Virus record (IMG/VR): IMGVR_UViG_3300021139_000017 | DNA: 56,462 nucleotides | Direction: 5' to 3' (one strand) | DNA from: a virus | Shown here: piece after piece, positions 30,330 through 40,200 of the stretch | Position numbering within the stretch: position 1 is the stretch's first letter | How the letters are laid out: each line of letters opens with the position of its first letter | Notes under the pieces: model-generated | The model's input: only the letters and a program-made list of their open reading frames with translations | Told to the model about the DNA's origin: nothing | The model's database searches: none | Made by a program: the position numbers and the translations under genes

Positions 30330-32996
30330 TTATTGGTTGCAGGAATCAGCGCTGCGGGTGAACGCCTGAGCATGCCGGACAGCCACGTCGAAATAGTTGT
30401 TGAACGTGATGGCGATTTCGTCGCGGTCGGCGCGAGTCCAGTTGTCCACCACCGAAACCACCCCACCGAAGATGCCGATCATCAGGTTTTCAAACACGCC
30501 CGCCAAAAGGATGTCGCCGGGGATCTGTTGCGTGGCAATCGCTTTTTGGTCAAGGATGGTGCCGTCCAGTTCGTCACCTTTCCAGATGGCTTCATCGGAA
30601 TTGCTGACGACTGTTGCGCCAACCAGCGTCTTGGGCAAAACAGCCAGGCGACCTTGGCCAACACTGGTCGTGGCGAAAGCGAGCGGACCAGGCACATTGA
30701 ATTTCCGAATCAGCGTGCGAAGGCTTACGATCTGCGAATAAGACGGCGTGCCGCCGAAAATGATTTGATTGATGCCGGGCTGATTCAAGATGCCAAGCGG
30801 CTGGTCGGCCGCGCCGGAACCGTTGATGCCCATCGCGTCGATGTAACGGGCGCGGACCTGCGCATGATCATTCCAAATCAGCGATTCCACATCGTAAGAC
30901 GGCTGCAACACTGCGAGCCGGCTGTAATACTGGCGGGAACCGACGCGGTGCGGCTCCATCTTGATCTGACCAAGCACCTGGTCATACGCATTAAGCTGCG
31001 CACCTTCCGGCAGCGATTGCGCCACCGTGGACGCTTCCAAGCGCGGGAACACCAGCGGGCCGGTCAAACCGGAAAGAAACGTCGCGCCGAGTTCGGCAAG
31101 CGCGATGCGGTTGCGGAGCAAATCAATCCACGGCATGAACTGAGGCGCAACGAGCGCGCCGCCAGTGGCGAAGTCATTCGCCAAGAAATCACGCTTCATG
31201 CGACCGCCGGACAGGTCTTTGCGCTGCACGCGTGAACGGGCATTGTGCGGCATGATGAATCCGCCCTGCTCGGTAATGCGCTGGCATCCGGGAATTTCGG
31301 CCAACTGGGCGCGAATGCCTTCGTCCGCTTCTTTTTCGGCGCCGTCAAACGGCTTCAAGCCGGTGGAAGCATAGCCGCGCTTTTTGGCCTCCTTGACCAT
31401 CGAGCGAATGGCCCCAAACAAATCGCAGGCGTTCGCCACTTCATCCGGAGCATTGACCGCTTCGATGAGATTCGGCTCGGCCGAGGAATCGCGCTTCAGA
31501 TCATCGACCTTGCTGCGGAAAATCTGGCGCACTTCGGCATCCGGCTTGGAATCGTCCATCGCCTGCGCTTCCAGGGCGGCGATGTTGATTTTGTCACGGA
31601 GATAAAACGGCTGTTTTTTGCCGTCGCGGGTTTCGCGGCCAACACGATTGCCAAATTCCTTGGTAAACTCGGTGGCGAGGGTGGCAATTTCCGTATTGCG
31701 CGCTTTGAAACGGTCGCTGCGCGTTTTGGTTTCGGCCTCGACGGTTTTCCGCTGAATGAAGCCTTTTTCCGCCAAAGCTTTTTGGACGGCAGGCGTTTCC
31801 AGACTGTCAATGACGAGTTCCGGTGTCAGGGTCTTGATTTCTTCGGGCATAAATTTTCGAGTTAAAATGTTTGGTGCGGTTTTAGCCGCTTCTGTATTTT
31901 TATTTGAGTCAACCGAACGGGATTTTTCCGCGCGCGATTTCGCGCTATCGACGGGCTGATAAGATCCCACCCATTTAACTTCGGTCGCCTCGCCGAGCGT
32001 TACCGCTTCATCCTCATATTCAAAAACAACCTCCCAATAGGTTGAATCCATCCAGTTGTAGATGATTGCCATCCATTCGCCCGCATCCTGATCCAAAATA
32101 ATGTCCTGGACAAAGAATGCGCTGAACACGTCGCCATTCTCGCGCTTGGATTTGAAACGCTTGTCAGAATCTGCCGCTACGGAAACCATTTGGCTTAGTT
32201 CGCCAAACGAGACTTCATCCGCGGCATCGCGGGTAAATTTAAAATCGGACTTCTTGGCGGCTTTGCGGGTTTTAATAGCCTCACGTTTCGCGCGAATCTC
32301 GGCCTCGCAGCCGCATTCAAAGTTTTCATCGAGCATGGCGCGGTCAAACATATTGCCGCAACACAAGCAGGCCCATTGGCCTTCAGCGCTACGGCGCACA
32401 CCTGCGCGATTGGAGTCGGCCGGCGTCCGAACGGAACTGATTTCGTCTGCCGCCCAGGCGAGGCGTTTGATCGGGTAGCCGTCCTTTTCGCCTTCGTCGG
32501 CAATAAATGCCGTGTGCCAATAGCCGGTGGAAATGCCGGTGCGCTCACCACGCTTCATCTGTTCGTAGCGGGTATTGGAGAGTTCGGAGAGTCCATCGAA
32601 TTTCAGCACTGCCCGGCTGACGTTATCCTTGCTGCGTTTGGCGCGCGGCACTTTGCCGATTTGCAGGGAATTTTCATGTTCGTCGAGCACCGTGCCTTTT
32701 CCGCCGTCAAGCTCGGAAAAATCCACATCCTCTTTGCGATGGCTTAAAAGCTCCCAATACTTCGTGCCTTTCGTGGCAATGCCCAAATCCTCATCAAATT
32801 GGGTGGCCTTGCGCAAAACCAATTCCTCGCTGGCGAAGCAAACCTGGATGGTCTTCTCATCATCATCCGCACTGTCAGTCTCCACGGTGGAATAGCGGAA
32901 AAGATGTTCAGCCTTTGCGCCGCGCGTGTTTGACTTAGCCGGAAGTTTGACAGCCGGCGTTCCCGTCGGCTTTTTCTCGTTTTCAGTTTTCGCCAT
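30330..32996 (-). CDS. fused HK97-family prohead protease / scaffold-like region / HK97-family major capsid protein (888 aa)
   Basis: The N-terminal third (...LDEHENSLQIGKV...GISTGYWH...ADEISSVRTPADSNRAGV) resembles peptidase S78/U35. A CLCC...CGC knuckle follows. The central region is a charged coiled-coil. The C-terminal ~300 aa (GGALVAPQF...LPEGAQL...GINGSGAADQPLGILN...) matches the Phage_capsid (HK97) family. Confidence 0.8.
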   Translation of the reverse strand: MAKTENEKKPTGTPAVKLPAKSNTRGAKAEHLFRYSTVETDSADDDEKTIQVCFASEELVLRKATQFDEDLGIATKGTKYWELLSHRKEDVDFSELDGGKGTVLDEHENSLQIGKVPRAKRSKDNVSRAVLKFDGLSELSNTRYEQMKRGERTGISTGYWHTAFIADEGEKDGYPIKRLAWAADEISSVRTPADSNRAGVRRSAEGQWACLCCGNMFDRAMLDENFECGCEAEIRAKREAIKTRKAAKKSDFKFTRDAADEVSFGELSQMVSVAADSDKRFKSKRENGDVFSAFFVQDIILDQDAGEWMAIIYNWMDSTYWEVVFEYEDEAVTLGEATEVKWVGSYQPVDSAKSRAEKSRSVDSNKNTEAAKTAPNILTRKFMPEEIKTLTPELVIDSLETPAVQKALAEKGFIQRKTVEAETKTRSDRFKARNTEIATLATEFTKEFGNRVGRETRDGKKQPFYLRDKINIAALEAQAMDDSKPDAEVRQIFRSKVDDLKRDSSAEPNLIEAVNAPDEVANACDLFGAIRSMVKEAKKRGYASTGLKPFDGAEKEADEGIRAQLAEIPGCQRITEQGGFIMPHNARSRVQRKDLSGGRMKRDFLANDFATGGALVAPQFMPWIDLLRNRIALAELGATFLSGLTGPLVFPRLEASTVAQSLPEGAQLNAYDQVLGQIKMEPHRVGSRQYYSRLAVLQPSYDVESLIWNDHAQVRARYIDAMGINGSGAADQPLGILNQPGINQIIFGGTPSYSQIVSLRTLIRKFNVPGPLAFATTSVGQGRLAVLPKTLVGATVVSNSDEAIWKGDELDGTILDQKAIATQQIPGDILLAGVFENLMIGIFGGVVSVVDNWTRADRDEIAITFNNYFDVAVRHAQAFTRSADSCNQ

Positions 32997-33097
32997 ATCC
33001 TTTCGGATAAGTCAAACTTGAAGCGGCAAGGGCGGATGTTTCACGCAGCAATTCAACCGATTGCAACATAGCCACACCCGCCCCGCCAAAATAACTG

Positions 33098-33463
33098 CTA
33101 CGCTTTGTAGTTCGCATCTACCGCCATAAATCGCCAGATAAGTCCTCCCTGCTGCAAGCCACCGTGCCAAAGCCTCATGGGAATGGCCGGAGCACTTGGG
33201 TTCATTTTCAAAGAAAATAAAATGCCCTTTTTAGGCGTGAAGTTTGCCGGCAAATCGGAATCGAGAAAAACCAATCGCTCGATGAACGTCGTTGGCGACT
33301 GACCGCCCGGCACAAGGTTGAAATCGCCCACCATCTCCGAGTGCGTGCAGGGAATGGCCGCGCCTTGAATTGTCATCATCGCGCCGCCGGATCCATCTTC
33401 GCCGCGCAACATCCCTTGGTAGTCAGCGAAGTTTTGCGCATGTTCAGCAAATGGATTGCTCAT
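33098..33463 (-). CDS. head-module hypothetical protein (121 aa)
   Basis: Lies between the portal and protease-capsid genes. No motif recognised. Confidence 0.45.
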   Translation of the reverse strand: MSNPFAEHAQNFADYQGMLRGEDGSGGAMMTIQGAAIPCTHSEMVGDFNLVPGGQSPTTFIERLVFLDSDLPANFTPKKGILFSLKMNPSAPAIPMRLWHGGLQQGGLIWRFMAVDANYKA

Positions 33464-33465
33464 GT

Positions 33466-35316
33466 TTAATGAAGTTCACCATTGTTGGACATTTTTAACA
33501 ACGCCTCCATTGAAATCCTTGACCGGCTGCGTGCTTTTTTTCGGACTGGATTGGATGTTTTGGTTTTGGATGGTGCATTTCCTTCTTCTCCCACATCCGG
33601 CAAGGTTTGCCCGGGCTGGCCTTTGCTAATATCGGGGCGCGTCACATCAACCTCATCGAAATTAAGCCCGTTGTTATCGAGAATGGATTTCTCGTTTTTA
33701 AGCAGTTGTGCCAGTTTTTCAAAGCTCATGCCTTCCGGCAACTGATCTTGAACCTGTTGGCGCGTAAGGTGCCCAGCTTCGTTCAAGATGACCAAAGCCT
33801 GAGCTTGGACTAGCGGATTTACAAACGGCCAACGACGCCCTTTAAAATGAGCGGCATCAATATATTTTTCATATTCCGACAAGAAGATTGGCTCGCCACG
33901 CTTGTCAAAGTAACCTTTCTTAATGGCCTCTTTCAGCCATACAGCAAAAATCTCATCAACCCCACCATCGACCATGTTTTTCTGCCTGACTTTGCAATGA
34001 TCCTGAAATGGAATCTGGCACATCAAGCCGGCAATGAATCCAAGGTTTTGGAAATCACCGCTCGTATGCTGATAAGTGATGCCGGCGCCGACGGCAATTT
34101 CGCGCAAGTTGTCTTGGCGGAACTCGTGGGCGGCTTCAATCGGAAACTTTGGATCCAGAATCTTTGCTTCCACACCGTATGGCAATTCACGTTCCATGCC
34201 CGGTTTCATGGTCTGCGTCGGAACACCGTTCCCCTGTTGCAATTTTGCGGGGTCGCTCGTGACACCGACGCCGGGCATACCACCTTCAGCGTTGGCTATT
34301 TGCTCGGCCATTTCTGGCGTAATGCCAATGCCCGTCGGAAATTTCTTTTCCAGGACGAATGGCTTCATGGTGCTGGCCAGCGCCGCGATTGTAAGCGACT
34401 TTGAGTATTGTTGGTTGCGCCAGACAGGTTGCGTCACCGCATCCAATTCCGTCATGCCAATATCCTGCTCGGCGCGGTCCCGGAGATTGTTGAAATGAAC
34501 AATGTCTGAAGCCGGCACCTGCTCGCGCCATTGATCGCCTCCGTCCTGCCGGCTTTGGCCGGTAGGATTTACCAATTCGCCAGGATGACGACGCAAAAGC
34601 CAATAAGCCAAAGCGAAGTTGAATCGCGGCTCAAACTCAATGGAAAAGCGAATCGGATTGCCGCCTCCAAATTTACCACTGGCCGGAGACACTCCCATGT
34701 AATTTTCTTGCAAATGATCTTCTTCCAGAAAATCAACCGCATAACCAAATTCATTGTATTGAAAATCGCGGTAGTGGCGGCAAATAACGGAGCCAGCCTC
34801 GACTAGCTCGGCCTCTATCATGCGGCCGGCTTCCATGGCCGACATGTTTTTGCGCACCGTGAAATTTTTCTTTTTGTGGAATTTCTTCCATGCCTCCTCA
34901 ATGGCGCGGCTCTTAACCTGGTCTTTGGTGAAATTCCCCTCGCCGTCGAACTCACCCAGCATCATTTCCAATTCAAAAAATTTGTGTCCGACTACGTTAT
35001 TTTGAAAGGTTCGCTTAATGGCTTTGCCGTGCGCAGTATCCTTGCCCAGCGTTCGTGTGCGGCTCCGGACTTTGTGCTTCGATTGGAGCACTTCGGTATT
35101 GGGCGAGCCGTAAGTTGAACGCAGATCGGAATTGTAATTGTCCGTGTTGGCCGCATCGTAGGATCGCTTTTGCCGCTCATTCAAAGTCTCAATTTCGCGC
35201 ATGGCGCGGATAAACTCCGGTCGCATCACCGGCATGGGCGATATAAGCTGCGAGCCATGCTTCACACCTTCAACGGGGGCCGACGCAGAACGGACTAATT
35301 CAAATGAAAGTTTCAT
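33466..35316 (-). CDS. portal protein, lambda (gpB) family
   Basis: ATG at 35316 overlaps the upstream stop (ATGA). YDAANTDNYNSDL...KVRSRTRTLGKDTAHGKAIKRTFQNNVVG and the overall length fit the Phage_portal_2 pattern. Sits two small genes downstream of the GpA-type terminase. Confidence 0.75.
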   Translation of the reverse strand: MKLSFELVRSASAPVEGVKHGSQLISPMPVMRPEFIRAMREIETLNERQKRSYDAANTDNYNSDLRSTYGSPNTEVLQSKHKVRSRTRTLGKDTAHGKAIKRTFQNNVVGHKFFELEMMLGEFDGEGNFTKDQVKSRAIEEAWKKFHKKKNFTVRKNMSAMEAGRMIEAELVEAGSVICRHYRDFQYNEFGYAVDFLEEDHLQENYMGVSPASGKFGGGNPIRFSIEFEPRFNFALAYWLLRRHPGELVNPTGQSRQDGGDQWREQVPASDIVHFNNLRDRAEQDIGMTELDAVTQPVWRNQQYSKSLTIAALASTMKPFVLEKKFPTGIGITPEMAEQIANAEGGMPGVGVTSDPAKLQQGNGVPTQTMKPGMERELPYGVEAKILDPKFPIEAAHEFRQDNLREIAVGAGITYQHTSGDFQNLGFIAGLMCQIPFQDHCKVRQKNMVDGGVDEIFAVWLKEAIKKGYFDKRGEPIFLSEYEKYIDAAHFKGRRWPFVNPLVQAQALVILNEAGHLTRQQVQDQLPEGMSFEKLAQLLKNEKSILDNNGLNFDEVDVTRPDISKGQPGQTLPDVGEEGNAPSKTKTSNPVRKKARSRSRISMEALLKMSNNGELH

Positions 35317-35531
35317 TTTTGGATTTCCATGCGGAACTCTTGGGGTGACGGAATGGCTCCTGACGGCCTTGGCGGTGCTTCCACCTGCACCCAAAATTCG
35401 TTTTTTGTCGAGTCATAGCCCGACCGAATAATTTTTGCGTTCGCCGGCAAGTCAGAACTCAATTTGCGCAGGCTTCCGCCAGCGGCAAATTTGAGCATCG
35501 TTTCCGGTGTAATGGTGATGTTTTTCGCCAT
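35313..35531 (-). CDS. hypothetical 72-aa protein (gpW-position)
   Basis: Small ORF between terminase and portal, ATGA-coupled to the portal gene. Confidence 0.4.
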   Translation of the reverse strand: MAKNITITPETMLKFAAGGSLRKLSSDLPANAKIIRSGYDSTKNEFWVQVEAPPRPSGAIPSPQEFRMEIQK

Positions 35532-35534
35532 ACG

Positions 35535-36110
35535 TCAGCCGATGCTGAAAACTGGCACGGTAAAATTGCGCGGATGTTGACCGTTGCGTGCGCGCTCCTG
35601 TTGGATTTCGCTGGCACGGACTTCTTTCCAATACCTCAAATCTTCCAGCACTTTGGTCTGATCTTGAATTTTAAACCGGCTGCGCAAATCCTCTGTCTCG
35701 GCAAATTTCAATTTGTAGAGTTGCCGGAGCGTGTCCTTTAACAGTGAAATCATTTCCTGCGCTTCGGTCTGGATTTCGCCGGCTGAAGCTCCGGCGGCGA
35801 GATCGCCTTGAAGCGAGAGTGTGCCGTAATAGATTTGATGCTTCTCGGCTCCGTTGACTGCCTGACCCGTCAAGACGTAATCGCCCGCATCCAACGCTGC
35901 GGCAAAACCGTCTATATCCACAAAATGGGCATCAATCAGGGTTGCGGATGCGATACTGACAAACGCGGTTTTTTCCACACCAAGCAGATCCGTTAGGACA
36001 TAATGCAACGCCCATCCGCCGCTCGATGGATAAGCTGGCAGATAACGCTGGAATATCAGGCTATCACCGGCGGCAAAAATTTCAGGTTCTCTGGTTGCAA
36101 TGTCGGCCAT
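35535..36110 (-). CDS. hypothetical 191-aa protein
   Basis: ATG-started ORF between the terminase and portal genes. No motif recognised. Confidence 0.45.
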   Translation of the reverse strand: MADIATREPEIFAAGDSLIFQRYLPAYPSSGGWALHYVLTDLLGVEKTAFVSIASATLIDAHFVDIDGFAAALDAGDYVLTGQAVNGAEKHQIYYGTLSLQGDLAAGASAGEIQTEAQEMISLLKDTLRQLYKLKFAETEDLRSRFKIQDQTKVLEDLRYWKEVRASEIQQERARNGQHPRNFTVPVFSIG

Positions 36111-36131
36111 TAACCTTTGGCCTTAGTCAAA

Positions 36132-38282
36132 CTAGGAAGCTTCCGATTCTTGCACCGTCTCGGGCGTGCTCACGGCCGCGCTTCCGTCAATCGCATTGCC
36201 GAGCATGTTGTCCATAAGCTTGCGCACGAGCAGCATCTTGCGGCAGTCAAGATAATGGTTGTCGGGCCGCTTCTTTTCCCAATACGCCTTGCCGCGCCGT
36301 TCGGTGCGGTATTCGGCGTTGATTTGCCGTTCATAAGTCAGGTCGCCCACCTCGCGCGCCTTCGTTTTGTCATCGAGTTGGGATCGGTCAAGCGTGTGGA
36401 TTTTTGGCTTTCCGTCGCCGCCGGTCATCAATTCATGCAACTGATCACTGATGGCAATGTTACTCCACTGGGTCGTATAAACACGCACCGCCTGGGTGTG
36501 GCCATTGACCGAAATAAATTTTTCATGCGAATGCGGCATCGAATAAGGCTTCAACACCGTCCGATTGCTGTTAGGCGTCCCCCATTTGAAATAAGCTGCG
36601 TCATCACCCAGCAGGATTTTCCAGCATTGCCGGTATTTTTTTAGCCACGGCTGGAACTTTCTCAATAGCGGATCGGTCACGTCCACCAGTTCGGAATAGT
36701 CTGCCGCTTTTTGCAAAATGTCCGGCGTCCATTTCCGCCCGTCAATCACCACCCGCGCATTCGGAATCTGCCAGCGTTTCTGGATGGCAACGACTTCTTC
36801 CCATGCCGTGCAAAAGTGGCGAGCCAAATCCCATGAATTGCCGCGCTTATCCACCACTTCCACCAACACCCAGAACGAACCCGGCACATCCTCATCGGCG
36901 GCGGCGTCAATTTTCTTCTGCACGTCCACGGACATATTGCGGCTATGTTCGTCGGCAATCAGACTGTTGGGGTCATAACTGCCGATGGTCGGTGAAAGTT
37001 CCATGCCGGCCGTCTGGCCCTTTTCGTAGAACACAGACCGCTCCGCACAAAACCAATCTTGCAGCGGAATCTCATTCCCCTGGCTCTTGGCATGTTTTGC
37101 AATCAAAAAACTCGCCACCGTTTTTTCAAAACGATTATCCTTGTTTGCCTCGAATGGCAGCACGAAACAAACCTGCTTGGGCGGCATCTTGATTCCGTTA
37201 ATGACGGTTCTATAATCCTGCGTGTAGGTTTCCGCGATGGCTTCACGCTCCGCCTTGGTGTCGTTGATATGGTGTCCGCAATGCAAGCATTCCCAGTAAG
37301 CCATGCGCGCCCTTTGCGCAACGTCACGCTTACCCTCGTCATCGTCGGGTATGATCATGCCCGCGTAAGTCCCCGGCTTTGGCGTGGTTTCTAGCAACGC
37401 CGTTTCGCCGCCAATGGTCACGGTTGCAATCTTCAAAGATGGTCGAGGCTTGAAATCATCCGGCCGCTTGAATGACCAATGGCGCCACTCGAAGCTCTGC
37501 TCGCCATTGCACGCTGGACAGCGCCAGACCAAAGGCACTTGCAGCACATCTTTTACGGCTCGGTGTAAATCTGTTCCGGCAATTGACGCCTGCGACTCGT
37601 TGAGAATTTTACAGGTGTTTTCAAACCGATCTGCGCGCTTAAAAGCTTTGAACAACAAACCGTCTTTCGGGTGCTGCCACGCTTCCGAAATCCATAGGTA
37701 TTGCCATGAGAGCGATGATGTATGTCCGTCATTCAATCCAGCCACAAGCAGCGAACTGTAAGGCGTCTTGATTCGTGTCCCGGTTGTTCCAAATCTATTT
37801 TCCTCCATCGCCACGGCAATCATCCTGGCCAAAACGGGATGCTTTTTGACCGTCTCAATGGCGCGATGCTGGCAATACAAATCCGCCTTGGGATCATCTT
37901 CAAACAACACCAGCATTGCCGCACAAAGATGTTCCAGAAGATAAACCGCCCAAATGTCACCGCAAAGCGACTTCATAACTTGTGTCGCGCCTATAACGTG
38001 GACAAATCGCACAAAACCGTCCAACAAGGCCAGCAGGGGGCCGTTCAAATGGCGGGCAGACTCAATGCAAAAATGTCCGTCCTGTTCCGCCGGCATGGAC
38101 CGATATCCATCGCCCACCAACTTGAACCTTTTACAATTGTCGGCAATGGAACCTCGAAAGCTACGGGCGATACCATTCCACAATGAACGCTGCAAATGCA
38201 ATGCGGCACGTTCATTCGCCAGAAATTGATTATCCGAACTCACTTTGATTTTAAGTTCAATTTTTGACCATCTCGCTTCCAA
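36132..38282 (-). CDS. terL: terminase large subunit, GpA (lambda A) family
   Basis: FVHVIGATQVMKSLCGDIWAVYLLEH parallels lambda gpA VNVVKSARVGYSKMLLGVYAYFIEH. The central VWRCPACNGEQSFEW parallels HVACPHCGEEQYLKF. The track start is TTG, and there is no ATG in the first 62 codons. Confidence 0.75.
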   Translation of the reverse strand: MEARWSKIELKIKVSSDNQFLANERAALHLQRSLWNGIARSFRGSIADNCKRFKLVGDGYRSMPAEQDGHFCIESARHLNGPLLALLDGFVRFVHVIGATQVMKSLCGDIWAVYLLEHLCAAMLVLFEDDPKADLYCQHRAIETVKKHPVLARMIAVAMEENRFGTTGTRIKTPYSSLLVAGLNDGHTSSLSWQYLWISEAWQHPKDGLLFKAFKRADRFENTCKILNESQASIAGTDLHRAVKDVLQVPLVWRCPACNGEQSFEWRHWSFKRPDDFKPRPSLKIATVTIGGETALLETTPKPGTYAGMIIPDDDEGKRDVAQRARMAYWECLHCGHHINDTKAEREAIAETYTQDYRTVINGIKMPPKQVCFVLPFEANKDNRFEKTVASFLIAKHAKSQGNEIPLQDWFCAERSVFYEKGQTAGMELSPTIGSYDPNSLIADEHSRNMSVDVQKKIDAAADEDVPGSFWVLVEVVDKRGNSWDLARHFCTAWEEVVAIQKRWQIPNARVVIDGRKWTPDILQKAADYSELVDVTDPLLRKFQPWLKKYRQCWKILLGDDAAYFKWGTPNSNRTVLKPYSMPHSHEKFISVNGHTQAVRVYTTQWSNIAISDQLHELMTGGDGKPKIHTLDRSQLDDKTKAREVGDLTYERQINAEYRTERRGKAYWEKKRPDNHYLDCRKMLLVRKLMDNMLGNAIDGSAAVSTPETVQESEAS

Positions 38283-38402
38283 GATTTTAACGAGCGCCGC
38301 GCCGGATGTGCGGTGATGCCGCGTTGCTCAAAAGCCAGATCAAAGGCATCTGCGATGGCTTCCAGTTTTTTAAGCCGGTGCCGGAGTTTTAAATTTTGGC
38401 AG

Positions 38403-38729
38403 CTATTCATTTTTTTCTCCTTCGTTGATAAGGTTCACCAGTTGCTTGACGGTTTTAATTGCGCGCAACTTTTTATCATAGCCCGCTTTCATTTCCTTTT
38501 TCCCGCAATTGTTTTCCCATATAAACCAGCAAAGCCATTCTGCGTTAGTGTCACCAGTTAATTGCGCCACGACTTTGACATAATGGTCAAATGTTTGCCA
38601 AAAAGGATTCATCGCCGGGCTGTCCACGCGAACACCAAGCAATGAGTTCAATTGGTCGCTGATAGCATCCATTGCCTGATAATCTGTTATGAGCTTTTTA
38701 ATAAGTGCAATTTTCTCTTTTGTTTTCAT
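38403..38729 (-). CDS. hypothetical 108-aa protein (small-terminase position, unsupported by motifs)
   Basis: Nearest upstream gene to the terminase large subunit (120-nt gap). No motif recognised. Confidence 0.4.
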   Translation of the reverse strand: MKTKEKIALIKKLITDYQAMDAISDQLNSLLGVRVDSPAMNPFWQTFDHYVKVVAQLTGDTNAEWLCWFIWENNCGKKEMKAGYDKKLRAIKTVKQLVNLINEGEKNE

Positions 38730-39121
38730 ACCTTCGACCCCTTCACGCGCTCGACGAATAGTTGTTTGGCAAACAGGCAGATTTGTAATTCAAGTTTTCC
38801 AAACCCCTCACTTGCGCCGCGAATCATTGAGCCTGTGGTGTAGGCATCTTTTTCAATACACTTCTTCAAAACATCCATCGCTGCGGCGGGGTCGGTGGTG
38901 TAAGACTTAAACGGTATTGGGACAGCTTTGCATCCTTCCGCCTTTGATTCGTCGTCGGCAATCTGTTTATTGCATCGCCAAGCTTCGTTTATGTCTCGCG
39001 TGTAGCCTCTGGCCTCTGGGCGATAATAATGACCATATTTCAAGATTGCGTAATCTTGGGTTAAGCCCATGACATTCTCCGCAATCCAAGCATCCAATTC
39101 GCGTAGTTCAGTTGTGGTCAT
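38726..39121 (-). CDS. hypothetical protein, possibly phage ABA-sandwich-domain-like
   Basis: ATG at 39121, 1 nt after the upstream stop. N-terminal ELDAWIAENVMG resembles the LD.LVAEKVMG opening of that family. Confidence 0.4.
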   Translation of the reverse strand: MTTTELRELDAWIAENVMGLTQDYAILKYGHYYRPEARGYTRDINEAWRCNKQIADDESKAEGCKAVPIPFKSYTTDPAAAMDVLKKCIEKDAYTTGSMIRGASEGFGKLELQICLFAKQLFVERVKGSKV

Positions 39122-39122
39122 A

Positions 39123-39413
39123 TTATATTTTTTCCATGGCTTTCCATATTTCATCGCGCCTGTCCTTAAGCATCGGCAAAAGCTCTCTGGCAATCATACA
39201 GCCCGCAATTTTGTTTGCCCCTAACAGTATTCGGTGCTCTGTGTCGGAAAATTGGATAACTATTGATTCCGCCATCCTGACTTGGCTAGTGGACATTGTG
39301 TAATGCTTATCATCAAACTGGTCTATTGCATTGCTCAACTCCACTGCGGCGGCTTTCAGTTGCGTGTAGTCCGCAATCCGTTTTTGAAGGATTATTTTTT
39401 CTTGTTCTATCAT
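39123..39413 (-). CDS. hypothetical 96-aa protein
   Basis: ATG at 39413 forms an ATGA overlap with the upstream stop. Confidence 0.4.
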   Translation of the reverse strand: MIEQEKIILQKRIADYTQLKAAAVELSNAIDQFDDKHYTMSTSQVRMAESIVIQFSDTEHRILLGANKIAGCMIARELLPMLKDRRDEIWKAMEKI

Positions 39414-40018
39414 ACTCCATTTTCCTTTCTCACCCGCTCGAACTCGGCGAGGGCTTTGCCTAGCCGTTGAACTATTGGACACAGTTCGTTGTCTTTGTGT
39501 TGGTCTATTTTAGGATGATGCAAACAGTCACAGAGCTGATTGGTTGCTATTATAGTTCCATCACTATCAATGCAGACGAGTTTGGAAGTAGGTTCCACTA
39601 ACCCCTCGGCTGCTTTGGTCATGGCGGCGAGTTGGGATTGGAGTTTTAATTCGCGTCCAGCTTCCGGCACATAGTTAGTCATCGCGTCGGCAATCTCTGT
39701 CTGCCGGTCTGCCTCTTTGCGGGCTTCCTCCAACTCCTTTTTGAGTTGGTCGCGTTCGACAATGATTCTTGCCTGATGTTGCTGGAACTGTTCAGTCCAT
39801 TCTTCGGCAATCTGTTTCGCCTTCACCGCCTCACTCAATTCCGTTTCGAGTTGGCGGATTCTGTCGTGAACGTGAATGTTCTCTTTCCCGTCCCAGAAAT
39901 AAACGCCGGGGTTGGTGAAATGGTTGTCGGCAAAATACCACTTGATACCGTTCTTATCTTCGCCGATTAAACTCATTGGAGACATCGGCATTGGCGTTGG
40001 TGTTTTTGGGTTGGTCAT
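39410..40018 (-). CDS. coiled-coil hypothetical protein (202 aa)
   Basis: The central region is E/K/Q-rich with a heptad-like pattern. ATGA-type overlaps at both ends. Confidence 0.45.
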   Translation of the reverse strand: MTNPKTPTPMPMSPMSLIGEDKNGIKWYFADNHFTNPGVYFWDGKENIHVHDRIRQLETELSEAVKAKQIAEEWTEQFQQHQARIIVERDQLKKELEEARKEADRQTEIADAMTNYVPEAGRELKLQSQLAAMTKAAEGLVEPTSKLVCIDSDGTIIATNQLCDCLHHPKIDQHKDNELCPIVQRLGKALAEFERVRKENGV

Positions 40019-40200
40019 AATTGCTTGTTGTTATTTTCGTTCAATGATTCCATCCGCCACCAGATTAGATGCAGAATTAGCATGGTAAATTGAAAGTCGC
40101 TATTACGTCCGCCGATTTGAATAATTAGAAACAGCGTTGCCCAAACTAAAGTAAAGCATCCAGCCAAAGACTTCCAGTTAGTGGTTTGTAAATTGGTCAT
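40015..40200 (-). CDS. small membrane protein (61 aa)
   Basis: Hydrophobic segments CFTLVWATLFLIIQIG and FTMLILHLIWW. Overlapping start and stop codons with both neighbours. Confidence 0.4.
   Translation of the reverse strand: MTNLQTTNWKSLAGCFTLVWATLFLIIQIGGRNSDFQFTMLILHLIWWRMESLNENNNKQL

Noticed and set aside
30333-31235. 300-aa plus-strand ORF antisense to the capsid domain
   Set aside because: It is antisense to the best-supported gene in the window (HK97 capsid signature) and has Arg/His/Asp-rich nonsense-like composition.
38283-38402. Possible cos/packaging site in the GC-rich 120-bp gap upstream of the GpA-type terminase gene
   Set aside because: The idea rests on position only. No recognisable cohesive-end or terminase-binding repeats were seen, so read-terminus data are needed.
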